In this document: one piece after another, positions 13,287 through 28,777 of the stretch
How positions within the stretch are numbered: the first letter of the stretch is position 1
How the letters are laid out: each line of letters starts with the position of its first letter
DNA from: Botryllus schlosseri
Taxonomy: Eukaryota
NCBI GenBank assembly: GCA_051294905.1
Contig: CM119385.1
Location: 20,894,001-20,958,000 of the forward strand
Direction: 5' to 3'
DNA: 64,000 nt
The notes under the pieces: model-generated
The model's input: only the letters and a program-made list of their open reading frames with translations
Told to the model about the DNA's origin: nothing
Database searches by the model: none
Program-made: the position numbers and the translations under genes

Positions 13287-13379
13287 AACGGCGTGTTAGT
13301 TTATGATGAAACAAGCGGCATCGAAATCCTGCATGAAACTGGAGCGATACTTATATTTTGCGCATGAACAAGAGACAGC

Positions 13380-13520
13380 CAGTCCGACCGAAAGACCCAG
13401 CTTGGTATAGGCAAAAGTCCAGCTTCACAGACTGATCGACCAGTTTGAACCCTGCGTTGCGGTTACGTCACGCAGTGTGCCCATGCGCAAACGTATCAAC
13501 ATAAATTGTTGACAGCAATT
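13380..13520. promoter_or_regulatory. Probable bidirectional promoter MIF4GD/METTL22
   Basis: Lies between divergent genes; CpG-rich, with TGACGT (CRE-like) and TGCGCATG (NRF1-like) motifs. Confidence 0.4.
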
Positions 13521-14002
13521 TATACGTATATTCATAATCAGTGATTATGGATTTTATCCCCGGCAGACATATAAATCTTGATTGAAGGTTCCACGGTTAA
13601 ATCCAACGCTAGAACCAGTCAACAAGCGCGTATTTGCCGACAGATTCTCGGGCCTCTGTTGTTTGTGAACATTACCTTTTCGTCTCAGAAATCGCACGCT
13701 CGTTTGATTTGGAACGGAGCTATATATGCGTACGGATTTCATTGTATCAAATTTGCTGTTGATGGTCAAGCGATACTTCTGGAATAGTGGCATTTGGTGG
13801 ATACCTATTTCGACCATTTGGCAAAAGCAATATAGCTTATAAAACAGCTGTCTAGCGACTTGAAATTGTAACATTGCAGTCTGTAAGGAAGTCTCACGAA
13901 TTAGCGATCAGTCCTTGCCAAACTAGTGTTGGAAGTGGCTATGATCTATCGACACGTTCGTTCACATATATCTTGTTACTGCTAACCTTCGAGAGTCTAC
14001 AT

Positions 14003-14594
14003 TAGGGGTGTTCAAAAATGACCTTATTTCTCAAATTTTGCTGGTGACTTGATAAAATTGTTAGGTTACCTAATTGAAACGTACACACCAAATTTGGTTC
14101 AATTCCAAGAAAGTTTTTCATTTATTATATAAAAATTGTTTTTGAATTTCTGTTCCCTCCATGAAATTGTTATGTTCTCTATAGGAATGATGCTCACCAA
14201 ATTTGGCTCAATTCCAACCACTGGATGCCGAGTTATTGCCGTCGAAAAATTTTGGATTTGAATAAAATAGTAGTTACGGCGACCAATTGTTATTATATTT
14301 TATTCAATTCCAAATTTTTCAACATCAATAACTCTGCTTCCACAGATTGGAATTGAACCAAATTTGGCGAACATCGCTTCTATAGACAACCAAACAATTT
14401 CATGGGGTGAACAGAAAATTCTGAAATTTTTTCATTGATTTTTATATAATAAATAAAAAACTCTCTTCTCCTGTAGCAACGCGGCTACCGGTTGGAATTG
14501 AACCAAAGTTGGTGTACAGGCTTCAATTAGGTAACCTAACAATTTTATCAAGTAGCCAGTAGAATTTTAAAAAAATCATTTTTGAACACCTCTA
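14003..14594. mobile_element. Foldback hAT-type MITE, family C
   Basis: TAGGGGTGTTCAAAAA...TTTTTGAACACCTCTA, long inverted arms, perfect TSD GTCTACAT. Confidence 0.92.
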
Positions 14595-14627
14595 GTCTAC
14601 ATAGCATACGCTTTGTCTGTAGGATTA

Positions 14628-15560
14628 ATGTCATCATTCTCAAGGTCCGAGGATCCAGTATTGTCCGATGTGCATTTGACGGAAGTCAAGGAACAGCTGA
14701 TTGATGTGGGATATCTAGATGGCAATCAAATCTACTTATCAGAGTTCGAGATAACATGTCCTAAAGAACTGCTGAACAAATTAATGGCTGTCAGCGAAAT
14801 TTCACCACCCAAGAGTGACATTCACATTGACAATGATGGAGACATGGTCTTGTCAAGAAAACCAGTCCAACCCAGATCCGTAGACCTGACGCGAGGTATC
14901 ATAAAACTGCAAATACATCATTCCATGGAAACACAACTGCGCGACGTAGGCTTGCAGATTTGGACAGGCTCACTTGTAATGGTTGATTTCATCCTGGATA
15001 AACCTGATTACTTTCTGAATAAACACATCCTTGAACTTGGCAGTGGGGCTGGCATTCCAAGCATTGTTGCGGGGATGATTGCGAAACGTATGACAGTGAC
15101 TGATACCGGAGAATCCATTTTGCGATTGTGTGAGATGAATTATCAATCTAATCGAGATTTTATTCAATGTCCTGAAGAATCGTTTGCCATACAAGAGCTG
15201 GATTGGTCCGCGGATGAAATCGCAACAATTCATCAGCCGCTCGATTGCATTATTGCCTGTGATGTCGTTTATGACAATGATATCACTGATGCGTTTTTTC
15301 GAACTGTGCACAAAATAATGAGTAAAAGCAAACCTGTACCTACATTGTACATGTCTTTGGAAAAACGATTAAATTTCACTGTCACAGAACTTGATATTAC
15401 GTGTAAAGAGTACAATCATTTCCAATCATGCTTAAAACAATTACAAACGATACTCGGATCTGTAAAAGTACATCAGTTTGACATCAACAGTTTATCAAAT
15501 CGCTGTGACTATAACAGAACACCCCAGCTGGAACTGTGGGTCATATCTGAGATACCATAA
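14628..15560 (+). CDS. METTL22: Methyltransferase-like protein 22 (seven-beta-strand lysine methyltransferase), intronless CDS
   Basis: ATG at 14628. VLSDVHL, DNDGDMVLSR, HSMET.L.DVGLQIW.G, LELGSGAG, EKRLNFT and QLELW motifs. Confidence 0.9.
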   Translation: MSSFSRSEDPVLSDVHLTEVKEQLIDVGYLDGNQIYLSEFEITCPKELLNKLMAVSEISPPKSDIHIDNDGDMVLSRKPVQPRSVDLTRGIIKLQIHHSMETQLRDVGLQIWTGSLVMVDFILDKPDYFLNKHILELGSGAGIPSIVAGMIAKRMTVTDTGESILRLCEMNYQSNRDFIQCPEESFAIQELDWSADEIATIHQPLDCIIACDVVYDNDITDAFFRTVHKIMSKSKPVPTLYMSLEKRLNFTVTELDITCKEYNHFQSCLKQLQTILGSVKVHQFDINSLSNRCDYNRTPQLELWVISEIP

Positions 15561-15987
15561 CAAAGATTGTGGATCAAGTACAAAATTAGTAATTGATTTC
15601 AAAGATTTGCATACACCTCACTGGCTGTATGCACTATGAATACAGAAATTACGTGATGATATTGCATGCTTCTCAGATCATTGCCAGTCATTTGTACGTA
15701 GACTTCAGACTTCGTTTCTAAAATACTGCTTTGACTGTATAGCATTAGTAACAACGCATGTCTTTTGATCGGCAGATGTGAATATACATGCGTACGACTC
15801 GCATGCAAGTCCGAAGAAGTGGTGCGGTGATGCGACAGAATTTCGAACAATGTCAAAATCCTTTTGGTCAACGGTTCATAGCAGACTAGTTGACATTGTG
15901 GGTTGCAAGTCAATCCACGACTGTAGTCCGATAATGCACCGCATATTATCGTCGAACATATGATCTGTGGGTGCTCCATAGTGTTGT

Positions 15988-19369
<3,382 letters not shown>

Positions 19370-20023
19370 ACCTGTGACCGTTCATTCAGAAATAATAACC
19401 GGGGTCTCCGTGTGTAGTAGTGTACTGTAGATTACTAACCTCTCTACTTCTCTGTGCAAGCGACGTCAACGTAACCACCGACGCTCACGGGGACAATGGA
19501 AAAACGAAGACGACGTTAGGATGCAGGTAATATCATAAGAGAGAGAGAGATATGGTATTCTTTTTCGCCTGCACCATCGAGATGCTTTGACGACGGAGTT
19601 GCGATACGGCCCCATGAGGTCATCTAGTCTGCGCCCCCGTTTTTTTTCTCCTCCATGCTATCCGTGATTGCTGAGCGCCTAGCAGGATAGCTGCGGATAC
19701 CAATGATAATCATCATCACCCTGTGCCCAAAATACAGTTTTTACCTTCACGTTATCGGGTGGTTGACTAAAAAAATAAAAAATATAATTAAAAAAGTCAA
19801 CTTTCCACTCGGCTCCCAAAATACCCGCCGGAGCGTCACTTCGGTGTTAATTTACGGCATCCCAGTCGAATTTTGCTATAGATATGACCAAAATTCTCAA
19901 AAAAGAGGAGAAAATCTCAAAAAAGAAGACAAGGGGGCGTCCTCCGACGACACATTCACAAAAGTAAAAAAATAAACGACAAATCCTCCTAAAAGAGGAC
20001 GTATGGTAACCCTATTCTTACGC

Positions 20024-21324
20024 CAGAGGTGGTCAGTAACGAAGCACTTCTACTTTTTCGAAGTACTCAAGTAGTTTTCCTCTACTTCTGGTACTTACTC
20101 AAGTAGATCTGAATTTCACTACTTCTACTTCTGCTTCATGATATTTTGTGATCTAGTTACTTACTTTTCGCTATTTTCAGTTTGTCAAGTAGAAGTAGTT
20201 TAATCTTCCAATCAGGAAGAAAGCCTGAGAAATTTCGGGGCTGTTTTCACGGAGTATCGACATTTAATTTTCATAAAAGTTGAGTTAAGCCCAGAATTTT
20301 CGTCGCGCTTCGCGCGCAGTGAATGCGGAGAATCTAGTATGATTTCACAAAAGTATCGGAGAATATAATTTACGTAGCGGGTTGGCGTGGTTCCGTTCTC
20401 ACCGCATTGTCGCTCTTCGCCATATCAAATATTTCATCACAGTATATATGGCTTATCATAACGTTTGAAACTGATGATGTTTCGCAATCTAGCATTTACT
20501 TATCATACCGTAATCTAGCTGTCCATGGCGTGTCCTAATCTGGAAAAGTGGACTCTGACTTTACACTTTTCGTTTAGTTTTATAGCTGTTTTAGCATACC
20601 AACCTTCGAAACCTTCTGGACTAAAGACATTAAATACATGTTCCGTTTTTAGATTTATATTTCACTTTCAATTCCCAGTACCATATATTTTGATTTCTAA
20701 TTAATATCAGTTCTTTTGTCTGGATAACGTACATCTTGAAGTATATAACAAGAGTAGCAATTGCCTTCAATTTCCAGAAATAAAGCCACACAATATAGCA
20801 TTTTACGGTCCGCCATATTTTTTATTAACGTTTACTAATCGCACAAAGTGTTTACACCGCATCCAACACATTATATCTCCGTATTGCTCTTCAACTAAAC
20901 TACAGGCCTTATAATATGGGGGAGTGCGCAATACCATGATATTTTCTAAAACCTGCTGTTTGAGTAAACAGAAGATTAGTATCGCATTACCATATCAATA
21001 CTATCATTTTCATCCCATGATGTGGACGAATGATTATGCTATTGAAAAAAGGATATCTGCTGGTATGCATCAATATGAATCAAGCTCGTCACTTTTCGCA
21101 TAGCTCAATTTGCACCTTTTTATAATCCATGTGAACGAATTAGTATCGTTTTCACAACTACTTACTTACTTGAGTACTTTTAAAGTCATTCAATTCTACT
21201 TCTACTTCAAGTAGTTTTAGGTTGCTCATGGAAGAAGTACTTCTACTCGTACTTCAGTAGATTTTTTTCGTCGCTACTTCTACTTCTACTTGAGTAGCTT
21301 TCTTGACTACTTTGACCACCTCTG
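20024..21324. mobile_element. Non-autonomous hAT-like element, family D; related copies 50900-51429 and ~52240-52366 (inverted)
   Basis: Termini CAGAGGTGGTCA / TGACCACCTCTG with TACTTCTACTT subterminal repeats; no clean TSD. Confidence 0.75.
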
Positions 21325-21514
21325 TATCTTACCCCATAACCCGATACCAAGCTAACCTGATTTTATACCATCAGTTAAGTTTCACAAAAGCTAAGCAAAT
21401 AATAACCAAAGCCGTTATGCCAGGGTTGCAACCAAGTCACCAGGCTCCGAGTCACAAGTCAATCTCACTTTTATAGTTTTGACTCGAGGCAAGTCGAGTT
21501 ATTTGCAATTTATC

Positions 21515-21868
21515 TCGGGTTACCATACGTCCTCTTTTAAGAGGATCTGTCCTCTTTTTTGACTTTTTTGAAAGTGTCCTCGGAGGACGCCCTTTTGTCC
21601 TCTTTTTTGAGATTATGTCCTCTTTTTTGAGAATTTTGGTCATATTTATATCAAAATCCGACTGAGATGCGTAAAGCAGCACCGAAGTGACGCTCCGGCG
21701 GGAATTTGCTGGGGAGCTGAGCGGGAAGTTGACCTTTTTATTTATTAGTCAACGGACCATGAAGTGGGTAAAATTTACCATTTTTCGAGAATTCTCCTCC
21801 GGTTTTGCAATTCTGAAAATTCTGAAAATGTGTCCTCTTTTTTAGATTTCCAAAATATGGTAACCCTA
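21515..21868. mobile_element. hAT-type MITE family B nested in a family A element; other copies 19740-20014 (truncated) and 53013-53088 (76 bp)
   Basis: (T)AGGGTTACCATA...TATGGTAACCCTA termini, TSD AATTTATC/AATTTACC. Confidence 0.85.
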
Positions 21869-22734
21869 AATTTACCAACGAGTCGCCAAGTCGCCAAGTC
21901 AACGAGCAGAGGGTCGAGTCCGAGTCATGGTATTATGACTCACAAGTCCCAGTTCAAGTCGTTGTGTTGTCTGCTCAGTTTCCAGTTAAAGGCTTGTTAA
22001 ACCCACTTTTTATAACTCTGTTTGGTGATATCGAATAGTTCGCATTTGGTCTTTCTCCATTCCTTGTGAGTGCGCTCTTTCATCGGGTGTTATCCGGGCT
22101 TTTTTGTCTCCGTAAGAACGGCGACACGGGGGAAGAGGAGCCCAGCCGAAAGCTATTGTTGCCCCGATTCCGGAAATACAATTTAAAAGCTGGTCAGGTC
22201 AACGGATCTACCCGGAAATGGCGATCAAAGTCTGAAAATCGGCATTGTTCCGAATAATCGCTCGATATAATTTCCATTACCATGGCCGAGGTCATCGTGG
22301 TGCGGCTCAATATAATTTCCATTACCATGGTCAATTGGTCATTTGTGCGGCGCTCCGATTGTTCGGAACATTCGACCTTGACGGTTATTTCGTAGTAGTT
22401 CCATTGCCATGTTCACATTTTAATTTGTGTTTTCAGATACAGTGCGAAACTAGCTTTCAATTGAGACCTGTTTGATTAAATTTTAGTTCTCCAGATATAG
22501 GACTACCAATTACGCTGCTTTTAGCCGGCTGTGTACACTGTGCAGCTTCAATTTGCCGCCCCTGCCGCAGAGCCATAACCACCAAGTAGCTGCAACGCCA
22601 CTGCTAAGAAGTCCTACTCTATGCTAAAATATGAGTGTCTGATGAAATGCATGACTACGTCCAGTCGTTTCGAAACCTTCGTATATTTTTTAATTATATA
22701 TATATATCACCATCTTAAGGTTCAATTGTGAACA

Positions 22735-23410
22735 TAGGAGCGTAACGTCCGCACCCCACCCCACCCCCAACTGAGTGAATTAACATAAATTAAAGAGTAT
22801 ATTTTTGAAAACTTATGCAACGCTTTTTAATATTACCAAATATCTTGAATATTCGGTACCCTTACCCCATGGAAAATGCAGGATTTACAGAAATAATGGG
22901 CATTTCAGCGTCGGCCATTACCGCGCCACGACGCACCAAGACATATGAAGTTTTAGGCCATGTAACATGCGACTCTGAGAAGTGTGCCAGCCAGAACGAT
23001 CGGCAGCGGGAAAACCTTAGCCGAAAAGGAATGAAAAGAATTGCTGATAAACCGAACCGAGATATGTAAGGTAGCCGCAGATGATCGGTATCCGCATTAT
23101 AGTTAGACGGAAGATCTCATAAGGTGGCGCCCTATGCTCGTGTCAAATTCACTCAAAGAATGGCGAGACTCGGTGCCATTCGTTTCAAGATTTGTCATTT
23201 CAAGCACGACCGCAACGCGTGATCAATGTGTGTTCGTTTTGGCTCTGTTATGGGCTATGGCATGATATTTAGAAATAATGTGGATATTGTGAAATCACCA
23301 GAAGCATGAAGGATCCGTGATGCAGCCCATGCCCGAGGCAACGCACGTAAAACTTATAAGATGTGCCATCATTTCAAGGCCCCCGAGATACCGTCATTCG
23401 TTAAATCCCA
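22735..23410. mobile_element. Dispersed repeat, probably hAT-related; internal part shared with 37790-37940 (inverted)
   Basis: GGCCATTACCGCGCCACGAC...AACATGCGACTC...GAAAACCTT.GCCGAAAAGG occurs in both places. Confidence 0.55.
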
Positions 23411-25753
23411 TGTGGCAGACACGGATCAACCAAGAATAGACAGCAGACATTGTTTCGAAAAGTAAGGAAGACCCCACTATATGAACGAATGATCAACAAG
23501 TTGAGTGCAGTCGTTAAATAAGGTCGTTTGCGAGAGAGCAGCGTTGTATGGTAATGATGAGTCGTCACTGATGGACTGGGTCTTTCCAAGGCGCAACACA
23601 AATACGATGGCATTCTATCAAATTATTTCTATGGAATTTCGTCATAATTTTGTTTTGTTGCACCAAATCACTTCTATCGGTTCTATCATTGACTGTCCGG
23701 CATCCCGTTCATATTTAAATACACCCAGGGGTAATCGCCAGCAACTAGTATGGATAATTAAAAATAACAGTATATCATTTTGATCTAGCTAGAATGGTCT
23801 TCTGGATTCTCTACTAGTTGCTGACATCACCCCAGGCAAGTGTCAGCCGAAAATATTCGGGTATATTTCAATATGAACATATTATTCAATTGTTTGCTGA
23901 TTTCCCGAGAGAGCATAATATATGCTACCTGGGGTTGACGAGCATTTTAGTGATTTTGTTCAATACATTTTCTAGAATTGGGGATAGGTTCGGAAAACTA
24001 GTTAAAAGGAGATCTAATTCCGCATCTTTGAATCATGACTCCAGTGAACAAGGAGTCTTTCATTGCATCCGTAATTGTGAATATGAATTTATTACTCAAT
24101 TGTGTACTGGAGTACAATAGTCTGTTCTATTTGTGAAGAGCAGAGCGTACTCACTACTCATATTGACTAGATTGGTTCAATCTACGCTGGTCTACTGAAA
24201 ATGCAAACGAAAAAACTACATCGGGATACTAAAGAGGGGCGTGAAATTTATCTTCCGTCACAAAAATCACTTGTAAAAGTTGTTAATAGTCCTTTCGAAT
24301 ATCTACGAAAAACATGGCAATGATCATCGATCAGTTGTATTAAACTGGTTGAATTAACGTTGCTAGAATGATGATCGTGCGGCCACATAGCTGCCGTATC
24401 TAGATGTTCACCGTAAAGTATGCATGGCGCGTGTGCGATAAACGGACATATGTACTTTACGGAGCAAATGCGTTCAACAACAGCAATGTCTGAGCAAACG
24501 ATTCTTCGTAACCGTCTCTCAAATTCTTGTAGCTATAAATGTAGCGGAACGCTCGTTCTCTCGTATTAGAACTTATTTTCTTTCTTTACGTTCACATTAT
24601 ATAACGTCTGACACGAGAGAAATCGTTTCCTTCGAGTGTTTTAGTGCACCTGATGTAGGAGTGCTAATTCCGTTGCATGCTCGTGATTATGTTCCAACAT
24701 TGCAGTAGGCTATATTTCAGACAAGGACTGGAACGTATGATCAGCGAGCATTCAGCACTGCTGTATTATATATAATCATATATTTACTGTACTATCATGT
24801 TGATATTTCTCTTTGTTTGAACGTGAGCGATTTATGAATCATATGTAATCGCAGTTTCAACTAACTTTCGCTAAGCATTGTAAACTGCTTGTCACGAGTT
24901 TTTAAGGACACGGATCCGTTTGAGCCAAGTCTTGTGCAATATAGATTACGTAAGGCGCCGGTCAGCTGATGGTTAAACCAGCTGTTGCAGCAGTGCGGCA
25001 TTCGTCTGTATCACGTAGCACGCACGAAGCTAGCGCGTGCTCCTTTGAATAAAAACAACTCGCTCACTTCTTTTCCCAAGCTTGAGGACTTGTCTCTTTC
25101 ATTCTCCAATAAACCTAGCTCGGGCAGACAGCTATCGAAGCTGATCTGTTTACCTCAATGGCCTCTCTTTGTGAAGTTGAGGCCCGCGAGGTAAGCAGTG
25201 TGCCTTTAAGTAAGGCTGCCCGCTACGCGCAGAAAACAGTGTAAGCAGTGTTAATGTATAGCACACCAGTCCAGAGATCATTCTTCTGCAGTAAGGAGGA
25301 CAGATGTAGCCGGCATTCTCCCACATGTTGCTGTACACGCCATTAAATTACAGCGATAGTCTCATTCACAAAGTATCATCCGGTGATAAAATGTCTGCAG
25401 CTGATAAACCGTAATCATGAATTCTTCCGAATTGTTTGTTTAATAATGAAATAAGAATTAGTACTTGATATTGGTATGGAATTTAAATCCTATTTATTTA
25501 CAATCCGATGTTTTGGTCTCGTTGATAACGTGATGGTAGTAAAATGGCGTTTATTTAAACTAGAGGGTGCGCTAGACCAGACAAATGATAAAAGGTGCAG
25601 TTATTTCGACATAGGTACACAGTGGCAGTTACATAACAAAATTTTAGGAGACTCTTGGAGGCGCAGAACTTCGTTTTAAAATATATAAATATGTTCATAT
25701 TGCGATAAACGTGAGTATTTTCGACTGACACTCGTCAGGGTAATAATCAGCAG

Positions 25754-26373
25754 TAGGGTGGTTAAAAAATAACCCTTTTTCCTGAATCTTGCAGGTTACT
25801 TGATTAAATCGTTAGGTTGCCTTAAAAAACGACGCACACCAAATTTGAATTCATTCCAAACAATATTCGCGGATTTCGTAGAGTTTGAAAATTTTGAATT
25901 TGCCTAAAAATGCAAAAAAAAAAATTTTTTCAAATTTTTCTTCCAACCTTATGAAATTGTTGCGCTGTCTTCAAAAACGATGGAAAACAAATTTGACTCA
26001 ATTCGAAGCCGTAGAAGTGGAGTTATTTCAGTTTTTCTTTGATAATTCTGGGATTATCCTTGATTGGTGGATCATCTCAGAATTATCATCAAAAAACTTG
26101 AATAACTCCGCTTCTGCAGCTTGGAATTGAGTCAAATTTGTTTTCCATCGTTTTTGAAGAGAGCGCAACAATTTCATAAGGTTGGAAGGAAAATTTGAAA
26201 AATTTTTTTTTTTGCATTTTTAGGCATATTCAAAATTTTCAAACTCTACGAAATCCGCGAATATTGGTTGGAATGAATTCAAATTTGGTGTGCGTCGTTT
26301 TTTAAGGCAACCTAACGAATTAATCAAGTAACCTGCAAGATTCAGGAAAATAGGTTATTTTTGAACCACCCTA
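25754..26373. mobile_element. Foldback hAT-type MITE, family C
   Basis: TAGGGTGGTTAAAAAA...TTTTGAACCACCCTA, near-perfect palindrome, perfect TSD ATCAGCAG. Confidence 0.92.
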
Positions 26374-26716
26374 ATCAGCAGCCAGTACAGAATTGAACAG
26401 AACATTGCAATTGTTGCATTGCAACATGTTTATCAGTTTGTTGATACGATTGTTGCTATACAATATTATTTTCAATTCTCTAGGCCTACTAGTTGCTGAC
26501 GATGATTAAGCCTGCCCCAGGCGAGTAGCAGTCGAAAATATTCGGGTTTATTTCAATATGAATATATTATTCAATCGTAAACAGCATTTTAGTTATCGGT
26601 AATTACATAAACAACAGATGTTATACACGTCAATACCTTGCTCATAATTCCATGTTCCTAACGCGACATTCCTATTTTTCATGGCTATGCTAAGAAATAA
26701 CAATTTCTAATAAAGA

Positions 26717-28777
26717 ATGGAAGGGAGCAGCCTTCAGAAACACAAAGACAAAATCGAATACCTTTCCAGCATGACCGGGCTCGGAAACCAAGACCACAGT
26801 TTTGTGGTTTTCGATCGTCTGCGGGAGTTCGTGAAGGAAGGGCTACTTTGCGACGTCACTGTGCGAAAGGGGCCGACGCGTCAGAACGTCAGAGCCCATC
26901 GTGTGGTTTTGTTGAGCGCTAAATCGTTCGACAGCGATTATAACTCCGAATCGGAAACGACCAGTGAGAGTGATTCTGAAGAAAAATCGGCACCAGTTCT
27001 TCCCTGTATGGAAGATTCCGTTTTCGAAGAAGCATACGGCCCGGATGATTACTGTTCTAACGCAAAAGACCACATGACGGCTATCAACGACATGCGGCTA
27101 CAGGGGGAGTGTTGTGACGTCACACTCGAAACGTCAGATTGCGAATATAAAGCTCACAAGTGCGTCTTGGCTGCAGCGTCCGATTATTTCAAAGCCATGT
27201 TCACCTCGCAGATGCGAGAAAACCGCATGAACTCTGTCTCTCTCACTGAAATTTCAGATGATGAAGTTCACGCAAGCGATATATTAGACTTTATATACAC
27301 GGGTCAAATGGGATTAACAGACGATAACGTTTGGCCAATCCTACGCTTGTCGACGTATTACCAAATTTCGACTTTAACCGAACACTGCCAACATTACCTT
27401 CTCGCGCGGTTGAACAAGTCCAACTGCTGCGAGAATTATTACAACGCCAATCAATTGGCGTTGACATGCGTGAGGTCCGAATCGCAGCATATCATTCACG
27501 ATTACTTCCCCGAACTGGACGGTAACGCAGACACGATTTTAATAGAGAAAAATGATCTTGAAACCCTCTTATCAAGTGATACATTGGGGCGGAAATCCGC
27601 GCCTTTTATGAGAAACGAGAGTAGGGTTTTGCGCAACGTGATGCAATGGCTGCAACACGACGGTTACCGGTACGCCGCTGAAGTATTACGGCATATTAGA
27701 AGCGCTCTTGTTCCAAAAAGCGACTTTGTGCATTACAGTCGCGAGATATCAAAATATCGCAACAGCCGGGATGCGAAATTAGCTGAGCTGCGCCGCTTTA
27801 TCGACGACTCTTTGAACTATCACGAGCGAATCTCTGAACAGCCGTTGTTGCAGACTAAAAATTCGGAGCTTCGCGTGGAAAAAGAGGTGTGGATATGCGT
27901 GGATGGTGTGCTAGCCCCGTCTCCTGTGAAATTACCAGGGGCTTGTAATTGTGCTAAATCCCCGACATCAGAACAACAGCGGGACAAACTCTCTCAAAAA
28001 ATACGCGATCCATTTCACAGCGTCGTAGTTCTTAACGGTTTCGTGTACGCTATCGGCGGTACCAGACAAGTATCAGTTGGTTACAGCAATTCCGTGATTC
28101 GATACGACTCTAGGCTCGATACCTGGACCACGGTGGCTCCGATGAATGTTGCGCGCGGTGATTTTTACGCGTGCACAATCGGCGACTATCTGTACGTTTT
28201 CGGAGGGAAAAACAGAAGCGGAGCGTTGCAATCTTGCGAAAAATACGACCCCAGGACTGACACTTGGGAAGAAATCAGTGACTTGCCAGACGAAGGGGTT
28301 TATATGATGGCCGGTGTGGTTCACGAAGGCGCAGTCTACATCAGCGGAGGCTTTAACGATTATGACGCCCTTGGAAAGACCTTGAAATACACTCCCGACA
28401 CTAATACGTGGGATGTGCTACCTGCTTTTTTGTTTAAAGATCGCGGCTACCATGTCATGTTGGACGATAAGCAAGGATACATATGGGCTATCGGGGGAAT
28501 TGATAACCCGTTTTCTGGCCGAAACGTGTGGGAAGTTGAGCGATTCAACGTTGAATACGAAATGTGGGAGTATTGCGGACAGGTTTTAGCGGTGCAGCCT
28601 TTCCTGTCTGTACAGAGGCTGAATGTGTTTTTGGACAACGACGGGAACGTTTGCGTTTTCGCCGTGACCAACATCGACCAATCGCCCACGTTGCGGTACA
28701 ATATTTCTTCTAACGTTTGGGAAAGGTTGAACAGTCCCGTCGACTATTTAGAAATCGAATATAACCAGCCTGAATAA
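26717..28777 (+). CDS. Kelch-like protein (partial BTB + BTB-BACK-kelch repeats), intronless
   Basis: 686-aa ORF with two CDVT...AH.VVL/AHKCVLAAASDYFKAMFT BTB starts, a BACK-like region, and kelch repeats with YAIGG/YVFGG and YD....W motifs. Confidence 0.95.
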   Translation: MEGSSLQKHKDKIEYLSSMTGLGNQDHSFVVFDRLREFVKEGLLCDVTVRKGPTRQNVRAHRVVLLSAKSFDSDYNSESETTSESDSEEKSAPVLPCMEDSVFEEAYGPDDYCSNAKDHMTAINDMRLQGECCDVTLETSDCEYKAHKCVLAAASDYFKAMFTSQMRENRMNSVSLTEISDDEVHASDILDFIYTGQMGLTDDNVWPILRLSTYYQISTLTEHCQHYLLARLNKSNCCENYYNANQLALTCVRSESQHIIHDYFPELDGNADTILIEKNDLETLLSSDTLGRKSAPFMRNESRVLRNVMQWLQHDGYRYAAEVLRHIRSALVPKSDFVHYSREISKYRNSRDAKLAELRRFIDDSLNYHERISEQPLLQTKNSELRVEKEVWICVDGVLAPSPVKLPGACNCAKSPTSEQQRDKLSQKIRDPFHSVVVLNGFVYAIGGTRQVSVGYSNSVIRYDSRLDTWTTVAPMNVARGDFYACTIGDYLYVFGGKNRSGALQSCEKYDPRTDTWEEISDLPDEGVYMMAGVVHEGAVYISGGFNDYDALGKTLKYTPDTNTWDVLPAFLFKDRGYHVMLDDKQGYIWAIGGIDNPFSGRNVWEVERFNVEYEMWEYCGQVLAVQPFLSVQRLNVFLDNDGNVCVFAVTNIDQSPTLRYNISSNVWERLNSPVDYLEIEYNQPE

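Noticed and set aside
24940-25360. Coding exon in a GC-richer patch
   Set aside because: No recognisable peptide or consistent splice phases; possibly regulatory, but unsupported.
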